From Verrucomicrobiota bacterium (GTDB taxonomy: Bacteria > Verrucomicrobiota > Verrucomicrobiia > Limisphaerales > CANJSG01), in assembly GCA_038209745.1 (NCBI GenBank), contig JBBQXJ010000005.1, forward strand, positions 1 through 64,000: a DNA stretch of 64,000 nucleotides, in the 5' to 3' direction. Below, one piece after another: positions 8,980 through 18,684 of this stretch. Positions within the stretch are counted from its first letter, which is position 1. Each line of letters begins with the position of its first letter. Under the pieces are notes generated by a model. The model was not told the DNA's origin, ran no database searches, and worked only from the letters and a program-made list of their open reading frames with translations. A program made the translations under genes and the position numbers.

Positions 8980-10563
8980 TTGCTCGCCTCCGTCTGGATC
9001 AATCCAGCCAGTGGAAGCGACCTCCCGGCCCAGAGCACTGACACGACTACCGACGCGCCCGCCACGGCCTTCGCGTTCCGTCAGGCGGCCGGTGAAGGGC
9101 AGCTCTTCGTGGACGATCTCCAAGTGGCCACGACGTTCGCCGAGGCTGTCACGAATGCTCCGGTGGCCACCTCGATCCTCGTTCCGCCCGCTTCGGTGAC
9201 GCTCAACGTCGGCGACGTGGGCAGGCTCTTCACTGTGGCGACCGGCGCCGGGGCTTTGACCTTCGAATGGAAGAAAAACGGAGGGATCGTCTCCTCCAGC
9301 ACCAATGTTTTGGAATTTCCGGATGTCCAGACGTCGGATGCCGGCAGCTACACCGTGAAGGTGACCGACGCCAACGGCGTCGTCCTGAGCAGCCCCGTCA
9401 CCGTGACGGTCAAGGAGGGCGTCACGCCGCCGTCGATCACCTCCGAGCCGGCCGACGCCAACGTCGCCCTGGGCACGGATCTCTCCCTGACCGTTGCCGC
9501 CGCCGGCTCCAATCCGCTGTCCTACCAGTGGTTCTTCAACAGCAACTCGATCCCCGGCGAAACCTTTGAAAAGCTGCCCCTCGGGAGCGTCCAGAGTTCG
9601 CAGGCCGGATTCTACCACGTGGAGGTTTCCAATCCTGGCGGCACGGCCAAGAGCCGCGTTTCCAAGGTCGCCGTGCGAGGGCCGATCTCCACCAACATCG
9701 CGTATCTCCGCACCTTGGTGGACACCAACTACGTGACCACCGACACGACCAACAGCTACAAGGTGGAAGGCATCGTCACCACCCACAGCACCCTGACGAG
9801 CCCGGGCAATACGCTCTTCTACATCCAGGACGGCGACGCGGGCATCGCGGTCATCAACCTCGGCAGCAGCACTCTTCCGGCGGTCGGCGACAAGGTCCGC
9901 GTGACCGGTCCGCTCAGCACCTACAACAGCCTGCTCGAGTTGGCTCCGTCCACGGCGAACCCCTATCACGCGGTCGAGGTTGTTTCTTCCGGAAACGCGC
10001 TGCCTGCGGCCAAGACACTGGCCTTGGGCACCACCAACGACCTGTCCGCCATCGAAGCCCTCGAAGGCAGCTTGGTCAAAGTGGTCAACGTCACGCTTCC
10101 AAACGCCGGCGGAACCTTCAGCGGGAACAAGACGTATGTGGTGACGAATTCGGCGGGCGAGACCCTCGCCGTCTACGTCAACAGCCAGGTCGCGGCGATC
10201 ATCGGCCAGCCAATCCCGGAAGGCCCCGTGACCATCACCGGGGTGCTCGGCCAGTTCACCAGCAACACCACCGCGGATCGCAGGCTTGGCTATCAGGTCA
10301 TCCCGAGCCAGCTGGCCGACATCGAAGCCGGAAGCGTGGTCGTCCATCCGAACTTCACCTTGTCGGGCGCGAAAGGCCCGGGCGGCACCCTTCTCATCAC
10401 TTGGCCCGCCCAGAGCGGCGCCCGCTACGACGTGCTGGGTGCGGGCTCGGTGACCGACACGTTCACCAACGTGGCCACCGGGCTCACCTTCCCGGGGGGC
10501 GCCGGGAGCTTCGAAGTGCCGGCCGCCGCGCGTCTCGGCATCTATCGCGTCGTCACTCCCTGA
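8980..10563 (+). CDS. Ig-domain and OB-fold extracellular protein, probably 5'-truncated
   Basis: Two Ig-like domains (LTFEWKKNG…DAGSYTVKV; LSYQWFFN…AGFYHVEVSN) and OB-fold repeats (GDKVRVTG…YNSLLEL). No credible start or signal peptide; the track N-terminus (8839-8979) looks non-coding. Confidence 0.65.
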   Translation: MLASVWINPASGSDLPAQSTDTTTDAPATAFAFRQAAGEGQLFVDDLQVATTFAEAVTNAPVATSILVPPASVTLNVGDVGRLFTVATGAGALTFEWKKNGGIVSSSTNVLEFPDVQTSDAGSYTVKVTDANGVVLSSPVTVTVKEGVTPPSITSEPADANVALGTDLSLTVAAAGSNPLSYQWFFNSNSIPGETFEKLPLGSVQSSQAGFYHVEVSNPGGTAKSRVSKVAVRGPISTNIAYLRTLVDTNYVTTDTTNSYKVEGIVTTHSTLTSPGNTLFYIQDGDAGIAVINLGSSTLPAVGDKVRVTGPLSTYNSLLELAPSTANPYHAVEVVSSGNALPAAKTLALGTTNDLSAIEALEGSLVKVVNVTLPNAGGTFSGNKTYVVTNSAGETLAVYVNSQVAAIIGQPIPEGPVTITGVLGQFTSNTTADRRLGYQVIPSQLADIEAGSVVVHPNFTLSGAKGPGGTLLITWPAQSGARYDVLGAGSVTDTFTNVATGLTFPGGAGSFEVPAAARLGIYRVVTP

Positions 10564-10671
10564 GCACGCGGATTCCTCCGGTTCCCACGGGGCGCGACAA
10601 AGATGTCGCGCCTCGATTTTTTCGTGCCGCCGGACTGGCCGCCGAACGGGTCGGCCCCTTAGCATCAGGCC

Positions 10672-11232
10672 ATGGCAGACTTGAAGCCCGCGGTGTTTCT
10701 CGACCGCGACGGCACGCTCATCCTGGACAAGGACTACCTCCATAAACCGGAGGAAGTGGAATATTATCCCGGAGCGCTCGAAGCCTTGAAACGACTCCAG
10801 GACGCGGGTTTCGTCCTCGTCATGATCACCAACCAGTCTGGAGTGGGGCGTGGCTACTTCACCTTGGAAGACGTCGAAAAAGTCCACGCCAAGATCCAAG
10901 CCGACCTTGCCGAGATCGGCGTGAAACTCGCCGCCATCCACATCGCCCCAGAAGCGCCCGACCAGCCGAGCCGCGGCCGCAAACCCTCGCCGGCCCTTCT
11001 CTTCGATGCCCGTGATGCCCTGGGTCTCGATCTGTCCCGCAGCTACATGATCGGCGACAAGCTCATCGACCTCGAAGCCGGCTGGAACGCGGACGTGAAA
11101 CGCAGCCTCCTCGTCCGCACAGGCTATGGTGCGAAGGAGGAGACGAAACATGCCGCCCAGCGTAAAGACGCCGTGGTGGTGGATGGATTGGCCGACGCGG
11201 CGGGATGGATTCTTGGATCTGGAAAGGCCTGA
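10672..11232 (+). CDS. gmhB: D-glycero-D-manno-heptose 1,7-bisphosphate phosphatase (HAD)
   Basis: FLDRDGTL, TNQSG, RKPSP and MIGDK motifs. Confidence 0.9.
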   Translation: MADLKPAVFLDRDGTLILDKDYLHKPEEVEYYPGALEALKRLQDAGFVLVMITNQSGVGRGYFTLEDVEKVHAKIQADLAEIGVKLAAIHIAPEAPDQPSRGRKPSPALLFDARDALGLDLSRSYMIGDKLIDLEAGWNADVKRSLLVRTGYGAKEETKHAAQRKDAVVVDGLADAAGWILGSGKA

Positions 11233-11254
11233 ACAACTGGGTTAGTTGTCAGCC

Positions 11255-11482
11255 ATGACGTTGGAACAGATCACCTCCGAAACCCTGTTGCTCCGCAGCG
11301 TCGAGCGCGGACTGCTGGCCGAACGCATGGCTGCCAGCCTAGATGGCGATGTGGATCCGGAGATCGAAGCGCTTTGGCTGGCGGAAGCCAATCGCCGCCG
11401 GGACGAACTCGTTTCCGGAGCCGTCCAGGGCGTCTCCCGTGAGCAGGCCATGTCCGAGGTGCGGCGTGCCATCGGCGGATGA
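11255..11482 (+). CDS. Addiction-module antitoxin (TIGR02574-like)
   Basis: 75 aa with ER..LAE....SLD…W..EA.RR..E..SG; overlaps the toxin (ATGA). Confidence 0.85.
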   Translation: MTLEQITSETLLLRSVERGLLAERMAASLDGDVDPEIEALWLAEANRRRDELVSGAVQGVSREQAMSEVRRAIGG

Positions 11483-11775
11483 TCGTCGAGTTCCATCCCG
11501 AAGCTCTCTTGGAATTCCGCGCTGCCGCCATCCACTGCTCGGGCATTGATCCAAAGCTCGGCGTCGACTTCACCGACAAGACTGACCGGGCGCTGGATCT
11601 GATGGAGTTCCACCCATCTGCCTTTCCCGAGATCGATGGACGCGTCCGCCGTTGTATGCCCCGCCGTTTTCCCTACGGAGTCCCCTATTCGGTCGAAACC
11701 GATAGGCTCTTTATTCTCGCCGTGATGCACTGCGCCCGCCGGCCAGGCTATTGGAAACACCGTCTCCCAGCTTGA
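11479..11775 (+). CDS. RelE/ParE-family toxin
   Basis: FHPEA..E…RRC..RRFPY…ILAVMH..RRPGYW pattern. Confidence 0.85.
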   Translation: MIVEFHPEALLEFRAAAIHCSGIDPKLGVDFTDKTDRALDLMEFHPSAFPEIDGRVRRCMPRRFPYGVPYSVETDRLFILAVMHCARRPGYWKHRLPA

Positions 11776-12521
11776 TGAAAATCCTCGGCCTCATCCCCGC
11801 CCGCTACGCTTCCACCCGGTTTCCCGCAAAAGCGCTGCATCCCATCGCCGGCAAGCCGCTCATCCAGCACGTCGTCGAACGCTGCCAGCTCGCGAAGTCG
11901 TTGAGCGAGGTCATCGTGGCGACCGACGACGAACGCATCGCCGCCGTGGTCCGGAAGTTTTGCCGCGTCGAGATGACCCGCGCGGATCATCCCAGCGGCT
12001 CCGACCGGATCGCGGAGGTCGCGGCGCGGCTGGACTGCGACGCGGTCGTGAACATCCAGGGCGACGAGCCATTGATCGATCCGGCGGTGATCGACGCGGT
12101 GGCCGGGATGTTGGAGCGGTTCGAGATGTCGACCGCCGCCACGCCGGTCGGCTCGGTCGAGGAGTTCGAGAGTCCGAACGTGGTCAAGGTCGTCGTCGGG
12201 GCCGACGGCCGGGCGCTCTATTTCTCCCGCCGCACCATTCCCTATCTGCGCGACGCGGCGCTGAAACCTGCAATTGAGCAGCTCGCCGCGTTTCCCTTTT
12301 TGAAGCATCTGGGCATCTACGGATTTCGCCGGCAGACCCTGCTGGACCTGGTGAAACATCCGGTCTCGCCGCTGGAACAGGCGGAGAAGCTGGAACAGCT
12401 CCGCGCCCTGGAACACGGGATTGCCATCGGAGTGGTCCGCGTGGACTACGACAGCGTGGGCGTGGACGTGCCGGCCGACGTGGCGCGGGTGGCGGCGTTG
12501 TTGGCGGCGCGCCGGGAATGA
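11775..12521 (+). CDS. kdsB: 3-deoxy-manno-octulosonate cytidylyltransferase
   Basis: IPARYASTRFP, NIQGDEP, ALYFSR and EKLEQLRALE motifs. Confidence 0.95.
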   Translation: MKILGLIPARYASTRFPAKALHPIAGKPLIQHVVERCQLAKSLSEVIVATDDERIAAVVRKFCRVEMTRADHPSGSDRIAEVAARLDCDAVVNIQGDEPLIDPAVIDAVAGMLERFEMSTAATPVGSVEEFESPNVVKVVVGADGRALYFSRRTIPYLRDAALKPAIEQLAAFPFLKHLGIYGFRRQTLLDLVKHPVSPLEQAEKLEQLRALEHGIAIGVVRVDYDSVGVDVPADVARVAALLAARRE

Positions 12522-12616
12522 TCGCTCCTGGTCGGGGACCCGCTTGATCGAGGTTCGCCACCGGTCCGGGAAATCCCTCTTCGCCGGTTCAGGCCCTGTG
12601 CTACCGTTCGCCGCGA

Positions 12617-13273
12617 ATGGGCAACATCGACATCGTCTACATTGCGCAGACCTTCCTCTGCCTGCTCGTGGTCATCACCTTCCACGAGGCGGCGCATGCC
12701 TATGTGGCGTGGAAATGCGGCGACGACACCGCGAAGCAGCTGGGCCGCATCTCGCTCAATCCGGTGGTCCACATGGAGCTGATCGGCACGGTCGTTCTGC
12801 CGCTGTTGGCCATGGGGCTTTCGGCCAGTGGCTCCGGGTTGGGCGGGTTCATTCTCGGCTGGGGCAAACCGGTGCCGGTGAATCCAGCACGTCTCAACCA
12901 CCGGTTGCGCGACGGCATGTGGGTCGCTCTCGCAGGTCCGGCGATGAACCTAGTCCTGGCCGTCTTCGTGCTGGCGCTGGCCAAGATCGTGCTGCTGGCC
13001 GGCTTTCCCCAAGGAACCAAGGCGCTGCTCCAACTGGCCTACGTGAGCCTGATCCTCGGGTTCTTCAATCTGATCCCGGTACCGCCCTTGGATGGTTCCC
13101 ATGTGCTCCGCTATCTCTTCCGGATTCCCGACGAGATCTACTACAAGGTCGTGCCCTACGGCTTCATCATCGTGATCGTGCTGTTGAACTTCACCCCGAT
13201 CCGGACGGTCCTGGGCGCCGTCACGGGGGGCACCTTCGCCCTGGTCGCCCGTTCGGTCGGATTGCCGTATTGA
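12617..13273 (+). CDS. Site-2 protease (M50 family)
   Basis: HEAAH, AGPAMN and FNLIPVPPLDG motifs. Confidence 0.92.
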   Translation: MGNIDIVYIAQTFLCLLVVITFHEAAHAYVAWKCGDDTAKQLGRISLNPVVHMELIGTVVLPLLAMGLSASGSGLGGFILGWGKPVPVNPARLNHRLRDGMWVALAGPAMNLVLAVFVLALAKIVLLAGFPQGTKALLQLAYVSLILGFFNLIPVPPLDGSHVLRYLFRIPDEIYYKVVPYGFIIVIVLLNFTPIRTVLGAVTGGTFALVARSVGLPY

Positions 13274-13305
13274 GCCGTCTCGGCAGGTCTGGTTGGATAG
13301 TCGCC

Positions 13306-13743
13306 GTGCCGCACGAGTTCACCATCATCCGCCGCGTCGAGTTCTCCGAGACGGACATGGCGGGGATCATGCACTACTCGAACTTCTTCCGCTTCATGGA
13401 GACGGCGGAGCACGCCTTCTTCCGGTCGCTGGGATTCTCCATCGTCACCACCCAGACGGATCCGCCCGTGGGTTGGCCGCGCGTCCATGCGAGCTGCGAC
13501 TTCAAACAGCCGCTGAAGTTCGAGGATGAAGTGGAGGTTCGGCTATTGGTGCTGGAGAAGCGGACCAAGTCGCTCGACTACCAGTTCCAGTTCCGCCGCG
13601 CCGGCGATCCGGCGCTCGTGGCGGTGGGCCGGTTGACCGTCGTCTGCGTGGTGAAAGGAGCCGATGGAAAGATGGCGGCCTGCACCATTCCAGGAGCATT
13701 GGCCGAAAAGATCGAGGCGGCCCCGGCCGATCAGCGGGCGTGA
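13306..13743 (+). CDS. Acyl-CoA thioesterase (4HBT/YbgC family)
   Basis: GTG start; RVEFSETDMAGIMHYSNFFRFME. Confidence 0.88.
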   Translation: MPHEFTIIRRVEFSETDMAGIMHYSNFFRFMETAEHAFFRSLGFSIVTTQTDPPVGWPRVHASCDFKQPLKFEDEVEVRLLVLEKRTKSLDYQFQFRRAGDPALVAVGRLTVVCVVKGADGKMAACTIPGALAEKIEAAPADQRA

Positions 13744-13817
13744 GGGACCGGGATTCTTTTGAAATCCACACTTGCATTCAAACGGGAGTTTTCTAATTTT
13801 GATCCCTGTCGCATTAA

Positions 13818-13894
13818 GCGAGCGTAGCTCAGCCTGGTAGAGCGTCACCTTGCCAAGGTGAATGTCGAGGGTTCGAATCCCTTCGCTCGCTCCA
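13818..13894 (+). tRNA. tRNA-Gly(GCC)
   Basis: Cloverleaf with anticodon arm TCACC-TTGCCAA-GGTGA, T loop TTCGAAT and encoded CCA. Confidence 0.97.
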
Positions 13895-13902
13895 TTTTAT
13901 GG

Positions 13903-13938
13903 AGCCCGTCTTCCTCAAGGAAGACGGGCTTTTCATTT
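13903..13938 (+). terminator. Intrinsic terminator after tRNA-Gly
   Basis: AGCCCGTCTTCC-TCAA-GGAAGACGGGCT followed by a T-rich tail. Confidence 0.85.
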
Positions 13939-14018
13939 AGGCAATCACACCCTTCTTGCCTTTTTCAACCCTTCGCCCCCCCCACAATTAGAATCCCAAT
14001 TTCTCGCTTCACTCTTAA

Positions 14019-14148
14019 GGAACGCTGATTTGATCCAGCGCACTCCTGCCTGAGCACTCCGCGCCCGGTCAGGGGACCGGGTCTACAGCCTGAAGGCCGA
14101 GTTCCCCAACCGGGCTTCTCCCTCCAGTTCGATTTAATCAGCGGTTTC
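14019..14148. mobile_element. 130-bp IS5-type MITE flanked by TTAA
   Basis: TTAA|GGAACGCTGATTTGATC … GATTTAATCAGCGGTTTC|TTAA. The IRs resemble the IS5 end at 121-138, and the element contains a GTAG REP (14063-14086, minus). Confidence 0.7.
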
Positions 14149-14328
14149 TTAAACGTTCCCGGGCCATCCTTTGATTCCTTCGCCGAGAATTAATGGTTCC
14201 CGCCAGGAGTGCTTGCATCACGGATTAACAGGACACTACCGGAGCTCGATGCACGCGTCCGTCCGGCTGTCGCTCCATTGCACCATGGTCTGTTTGGACC
14301 GGGATCATGCCGTCCGCGAGCCCGACTC

Positions 14329-14550
14329 CTAGAGCGTTTTGAGAGAAGGCGAAGCCTGTTTGCCCGTGCCTGAAGGGCACGAAAGTGAATAGTTCCGGGC
14401 GACAGCCCGGAGATCAGACAGTCAGCCGAATCAACTGCAGAGCGGTCGCGGTCCCTACGGCGGGTGGACTCCGGGTTGCACCCGGAGCTATTCACGTTCA
14501 AGGCCTCCGGTGTTGAAGATCCAGCCACAGAGTTTCTTAAACCGCTCCAA
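14329..14550. repeat. Palindrome-rich MITE-like element, copy 1
   Basis: Inverted homolog of 25068-25321; ends CTAGAGCGTTTTGAG and CTTAAACCGCTCCAA; internal hairpin CTCCGGGTTGCACCCGGAG. Confidence 0.8.
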
Positions 14551-14643
14551 GGCTCCCATCATCGGATCCATGGGAGGGTCGGGCTTCCAGCCTGTCCCCG
14601 AAGTCCGTGGGCGAACTTCCAATGAAAAGGCGGACGAAGTGGC

Positions 14644-14895
14644 GGAGCCGAGGCCGTGCTCGTGGGTGAGCTGTTCCCTGGCGTTGAGCGCGCTACCGGC
14701 GCGGAGCTTTTCGAGGATGTTTTAGCAGTCGGTGAGGGTCGGCTCCGGGTGCTGGGCTTGCTGGCATTTGCGGCGGACGACAGGGCGTTCGGCAAGGTCG
14801 CGAATGCGCGTGTACTGCGCCTCGATCGCGGTGGGGAGTGGGAACGGGTCGAAGCAGCGCGTCTTGATGTAAACAGGGTCGTTGCCGACGCCGAT
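14644..14895 (-). pseudogene. C-terminal fragment of an MmeI/YeeA-like type IIL restriction-modification enzyme
   Basis: GVGNDPVYIKTRCFDPFPLP…RIRDLAE…HPEPTLTDC*NILEKLRAGSALNAREQLTHEHGL, with an in-frame stop. Confidence 0.7.
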
Positions 14896-14966
14896 GACGA
14901 CGAACTTGAGCCCAGGCCAATTCTCCTTCGCTTTCAAGATGAGGCGAACAATGGCAGGGCGGCGGC

Positions 14967-15265
14967 ATAGCCAGACCAGGCCGGATTGACGCCCTCGTAG
15001 TTAAGCGGGCGCAGCTGACCACTGCATCACTTCGGCAATGTCAGGCGGTGCTCCTGCCGGCTTTGTTCGGGGCCACGCTCGAACAAACCGCGGCCGCCCT
15101 GGGTGTGGGCCGGGCCACCGGGCCACGTCTTCAGGCCGCCTTCCGCCTGAAGACGTCCGACGCGTCCAGCCCCGCCCGCAACTGGGGAGGACGCCGCCAA
15201 TCCCTCCTCGCTCCGAAGGTGGACGCCAGCTTCTTGAAACCGTGGCTGGCGGAAGGTGGCGCCCG
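14967..15265 (+). pseudogene. IS630-family transposase N-terminal (HTH) remnant
   Basis: (ATA)ARPGRID…LRQCQAVLLPALFGATLEQTAAALGVGRAT…WGGRRQSLL…FLKPW; start codon degraded and no DDE domain. Confidence 0.7.
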
Positions 15266-15346
15266 ACACGCGCCAGCCCAAACGCCAATTCAAGGTGCAA
15301 GCCGACTGAAAAACAAACTCCCATTCGCCGCCACGGGACCGAGCGG

Positions 15347-16036
15347 TTACGCCGATTGGTCCCGGATCCATTCCACGGCGTGGAGCATGACCTCGGTGGA
15401 GGTGCGGAGGTTGAGCTTCTCTTTGATGCGGTTCCGGAAGGAATTGATCGTCGGGATGGTGACGCCGAGCTCTTCGGAAATCTGGCGGACGCCATGGCCT
15501 TGGCCGAGGAGGCGGAAGACTTCGAGCTCCCGGTCGCTCAAGGTTTCGAGGGGCGAGGCGGGACGTTCGGACTCGCCGCGCATGAAACGGGAGATGACGG
15601 TGCTGGACATCTTTTCGCTGAGATACATTTCACCGGAGAGCACCTTGTGGACGGCCGCCTTCATCGTCTTGGCGGGCTCGTGCTTCATGATGTAGCCCAT
15701 CGCGCCGGCGCGGAGGGCGCGTTCGGCGTAGAGGGATTCATCGTGCATCGAGACGACCAGAACGGGGAGCAGGGGGAACTCGACCTTGATGGCCTTGATA
15801 AGGTCGAGGCCGCTGGCGCCGGCCAGCGAGATGTCGACCAGGACGACGTCGGCTCGTTGCTCCCGAAGGCCCTGGAGCGCATCGGAAACATCGGCGGCGT
15901 CGCCACACACTTCCAGTCCGGCGTCGCGCTCGATGAGGCCGCGGAGGCCCTCCCGGATCATCGTGTGGTCGTCGACGATGAAGACGCGGTGGCGGCCGGT
16001 GGCGGCCGGGTTCGGTATGGCGGCCGGATCACTCAT
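15347..16036 (-). CDS. NarL/LuxR-family response regulator
   Basis: REC domain (IVDDH, LVDISL) and HTH (LSDRELEVFRLLGQG). Confidence 0.95.
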   Translation of the reverse strand: MSDPAAIPNPAATGRHRVFIVDDHTMIREGLRGLIERDAGLEVCGDAADVSDALQGLREQRADVVLVDISLAGASGLDLIKAIKVEFPLLPVLVVSMHDESLYAERALRAGAMGYIMKHEPAKTMKAAVHKVLSGEMYLSEKMSSTVISRFMRGESERPASPLETLSDRELEVFRLLGQGHGVRQISEELGVTIPTINSFRNRIKEKLNLRTSTEVMLHAVEWIRDQSA

Positions 16037-18497
16037 GGCCGGTGTTTCTGGAGGCTGGATTGAACTCGCACGCGACGGTGGTGCCGGAACCGGGCTCGCT
16101 TTTCAAATCCAAGCTCGCGCCGATGACGTTCGCGCGATGGCGCATGATGCGGAGGCCCATGCTGGCGGAGCGCTTGACCGGCGGCGAAAAGCCGGCGCCG
16201 TCGTCCTGGACGGTGAGGCGGTAGCGGGTCCCGGCGGGGACCAGCGAGAGGGTCACATTGCCGGCGCGGCCGTGCTTGACCGCGTTCGAGACGGCTTCCT
16301 GGGCGATGAAATAGAGGTGGAGCGCGACTTCGCTGTCGACGGAGGCGGGGGGCGAGGTGCAGACGAATTCGCAGTGCAGCTTGAACCGGGCGGAAGCACC
16401 GGCGGCCAGTTCTTCGAGCGCGGCGACGAGTCCGTGTTCCTCCAGCCGGACGGGGAAGAGCCCGCGCGCGACGTCCCGCGCCTGGGAGTTCGCCTCGTTG
16501 AGGAGCAGGCGGATCTTCTCGGCGTCGGACGATTCGGAAACGCCCTTTTCCTCGAGCCGTTCGCCGAGCACGTCCACGAGGAAGGCGATGCCCGCGAGCT
16601 GCTGGCAGACACCGTCGTGGATGTCGTGGCCGATGCGGCGCTGCTCGCGGCTGCTGATCTCCAGGATTTCACGCTCGAGCTGGCGGCGCTCCGTGACGTC
16701 GCGGGCGATGCTCTCGATCTCGACCCGGTCACCGGCCTGCTCGATCCGGCGCGCGCTGATCTCGAGTTTGATCCGATGGTCGGCGGCGTTGATGAAGTCC
16801 CATTCAGCCGGGGGCAGCTCGACGCCCTTGGCCACCTGGTCGAGCCACCGGCGGGCGGCGGGCCGCTGGTTCTCGGCGACGAAGTCCGCGAGATCGCGCG
16901 CCACGAGCTCGCTCCGGGGCTGCTGGAAGAGGCGTTCGCCGGCCTTGTTGATGGATGTGATGCGTCCGGAAAGATCGTGGGTCAGGACGGTGTCGTTCGC
17001 GTTTTCGAAGAGATCCTCGTAGCGCTCCTTCAAGGCGGCTTCGGCCTCCAGCTTTTGCTGGATGATGCCGGTCTGGTGCTGCACGCGGCGGCGCAGCACG
17101 GCGACCCAGACAAAGGCGCCGAGAATTCCGCCGCCCAGGGCGCCGACGATCCAGGCGAGCCTCTGCAGCGTCCACCACGGCGGTAGAGCGAGGGTCGACA
17201 CGTCGCCGGCCGACCGAAGGAGGATGCGGAACGACTGCGCGCGCCAGTCTTCGCCGGCGTGCCATTCGCTGCCGGGCTCGACGACGCAGATGCCGGTGAC
17301 GGCGACCTTGCTGCCGTTTTCCAAGTGCGCGAAGTCGTCGGCCGTGCCCTGGCGCTGAAGATGGGCGTGGAAGATGAAGCCGTCCGACTGGAGGACGAGC
17401 AGCTGTTCGCGGCTGTGCTGGGCCCGGTCCAGGAGCTGCCCTTCGAGCCGGACGAGCCGCATGTCGTGGTCGCCCTTCAACGCGGAGTCGGCGCTGATCG
17501 AATCCGGCTGCGGCGCGGGTCCCGAGGAGGTTCTGGTGAAGACGGCGTCTCTCAGCATCGGGGTATAGCCGCCTTTCGCGGGAAAGCCGAGGACCTCGAC
17601 GATGTCGCCGGGCAGGAGGCTCCCGGGCTGGCGGGTCTGGACATGCAGTCCCTCGGTCGCGTCCTGGAGGTAGAGGTCGGTGTCGCCGATGCGGTGGGCG
17701 ACGGTGCCGGTCACTTTGACGCGGTGTCCGACGGGTTCGCCGGGTTTGAACTGGAGGAGCTGTTTGATGCTTCGCAGCGGCAGGCCGACGGAATTGGGCG
17801 CCGGGATTTCGACGACCAGATCCTCGGCGCGGGGCACGAGCAGCCCGATGTCGAAGAGCTGCCGCTGGCGGTTGAAGCGCGTGGCGCAGACGCCCCAGAT
17901 GCGAACGGTGGAGTCCACCAGATCGTCGATCCGGGCGAGCGGGAGCTGCCGGGCGAAGGCGGAGAGTTCGCCGCCGCCGTTGGCGATCTCGACGACGAAC
18001 TGGCCCTTGCCCGGAACCGGAGTCACGGCCCGGACGATGCCGCGGACCTCGACGAACTGGCTGTCTTGCTGGCCGCTCGCGAGCTGGTCCAGGGTGACCG
18101 GCTTGGGCGCGGGATAGCTCCCGGGGCCGAGCGGGCGGATGTCGCGGACGGCGATGATGGGCGCGTATTCGCCGGGATTGGCCTCGCCGACGATCTCCAT
18201 GCGGGTCCCGGCGACGACGGGGTTGGTCTGGGGCTGGGCGAAGAAGAAATAGATGCCGGCGGTGTCGTCCTGGATGAAGCGGTAGAAGGCGGTGTCTTCG
18301 AAGTAGGTGACGAGTCCCTGGATACGGACGGGTTGGTGCAGCGCGGCCTGCTCGGCGGTCAATTGGCGGACTTCCGCGGCGGTGCGGAGTTCGGGAAGAC
18401 CGGCACCGGACGAGACGATGGCTGCGAGCACGGCGCAGAGCAGAGAGGCTCTCGGAGAGAAACGGGATGGACGCGGACTGGTCGGAGGGCGAGACAT
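16029..18497 (-). CDS. Sensor histidine kinase (periplasmic OB-fold repeats, TM, PAS, HisKA_3/HATPase)
   Basis: EQRRIGHDIHDGVCQ, QEAVSNAVKHG and DDGAGF motifs; PAS LFENANDTV. The start could instead be 18560. Confidence 0.9.
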   Translation of the reverse strand: MSRPPTSPRPSRFSPRASLLCAVLAAIVSSGAGLPELRTAAEVRQLTAEQAALHQPVRIQGLVTYFEDTAFYRFIQDDTAGIYFFFAQPQTNPVVAGTRMEIVGEANPGEYAPIIAVRDIRPLGPGSYPAPKPVTLDQLASGQQDSQFVEVRGIVRAVTPVPGKGQFVVEIANGGGELSAFARQLPLARIDDLVDSTVRIWGVCATRFNRQRQLFDIGLLVPRAEDLVVEIPAPNSVGLPLRSIKQLLQFKPGEPVGHRVKVTGTVAHRIGDTDLYLQDATEGLHVQTRQPGSLLPGDIVEVLGFPAKGGYTPMLRDAVFTRTSSGPAPQPDSISADSALKGDHDMRLVRLEGQLLDRAQHSREQLLVLQSDGFIFHAHLQRQGTADDFAHLENGSKVAVTGICVVEPGSEWHAGEDWRAQSFRILLRSAGDVSTLALPPWWTLQRLAWIVGALGGGILGAFVWVAVLRRRVQHQTGIIQQKLEAEAALKERYEDLFENANDTVLTHDLSGRITSINKAGERLFQQPRSELVARDLADFVAENQRPAARRWLDQVAKGVELPPAEWDFINAADHRIKLEISARRIEQAGDRVEIESIARDVTERRQLEREILEISSREQRRIGHDIHDGVCQQLAGIAFLVDVLGERLEEKGVSESSDAEKIRLLLNEANSQARDVARGLFPVRLEEHGLVAALEELAAGASARFKLHCEFVCTSPPASVDSEVALHLYFIAQEAVSNAVKHGRAGNVTLSLVPAGTRYRLTVQDDGAGFSPPVKRSASMGLRIMRHRANVIGASLDLKSEPGSGTTVACEFNPASRNTGHE

Positions 18498-18684
18498 TTT
18501 GGATCGGAGGAACTGGAGCCGGACAGCGAGAGCAGAATCTTCGGACGGTGGCTTGGTCATAACGCCGCGTCCCATTCTGGTCTCCCCAATCCGGCCGGGG
18601 GAAATGGCCCGTCGGCAGGGGCCTCCCTCCGGCGAACCGGAAGGAGGCCGTGGCAACGACCGAGCGGAGTCGGTCGTTTTGCTG

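Noticed and set aside
14270..14279. TCGCTCCATT match to the tRNA-Gly 3' end as an att site
   Set aside because: Only 10 bp, which is compatible with chance.
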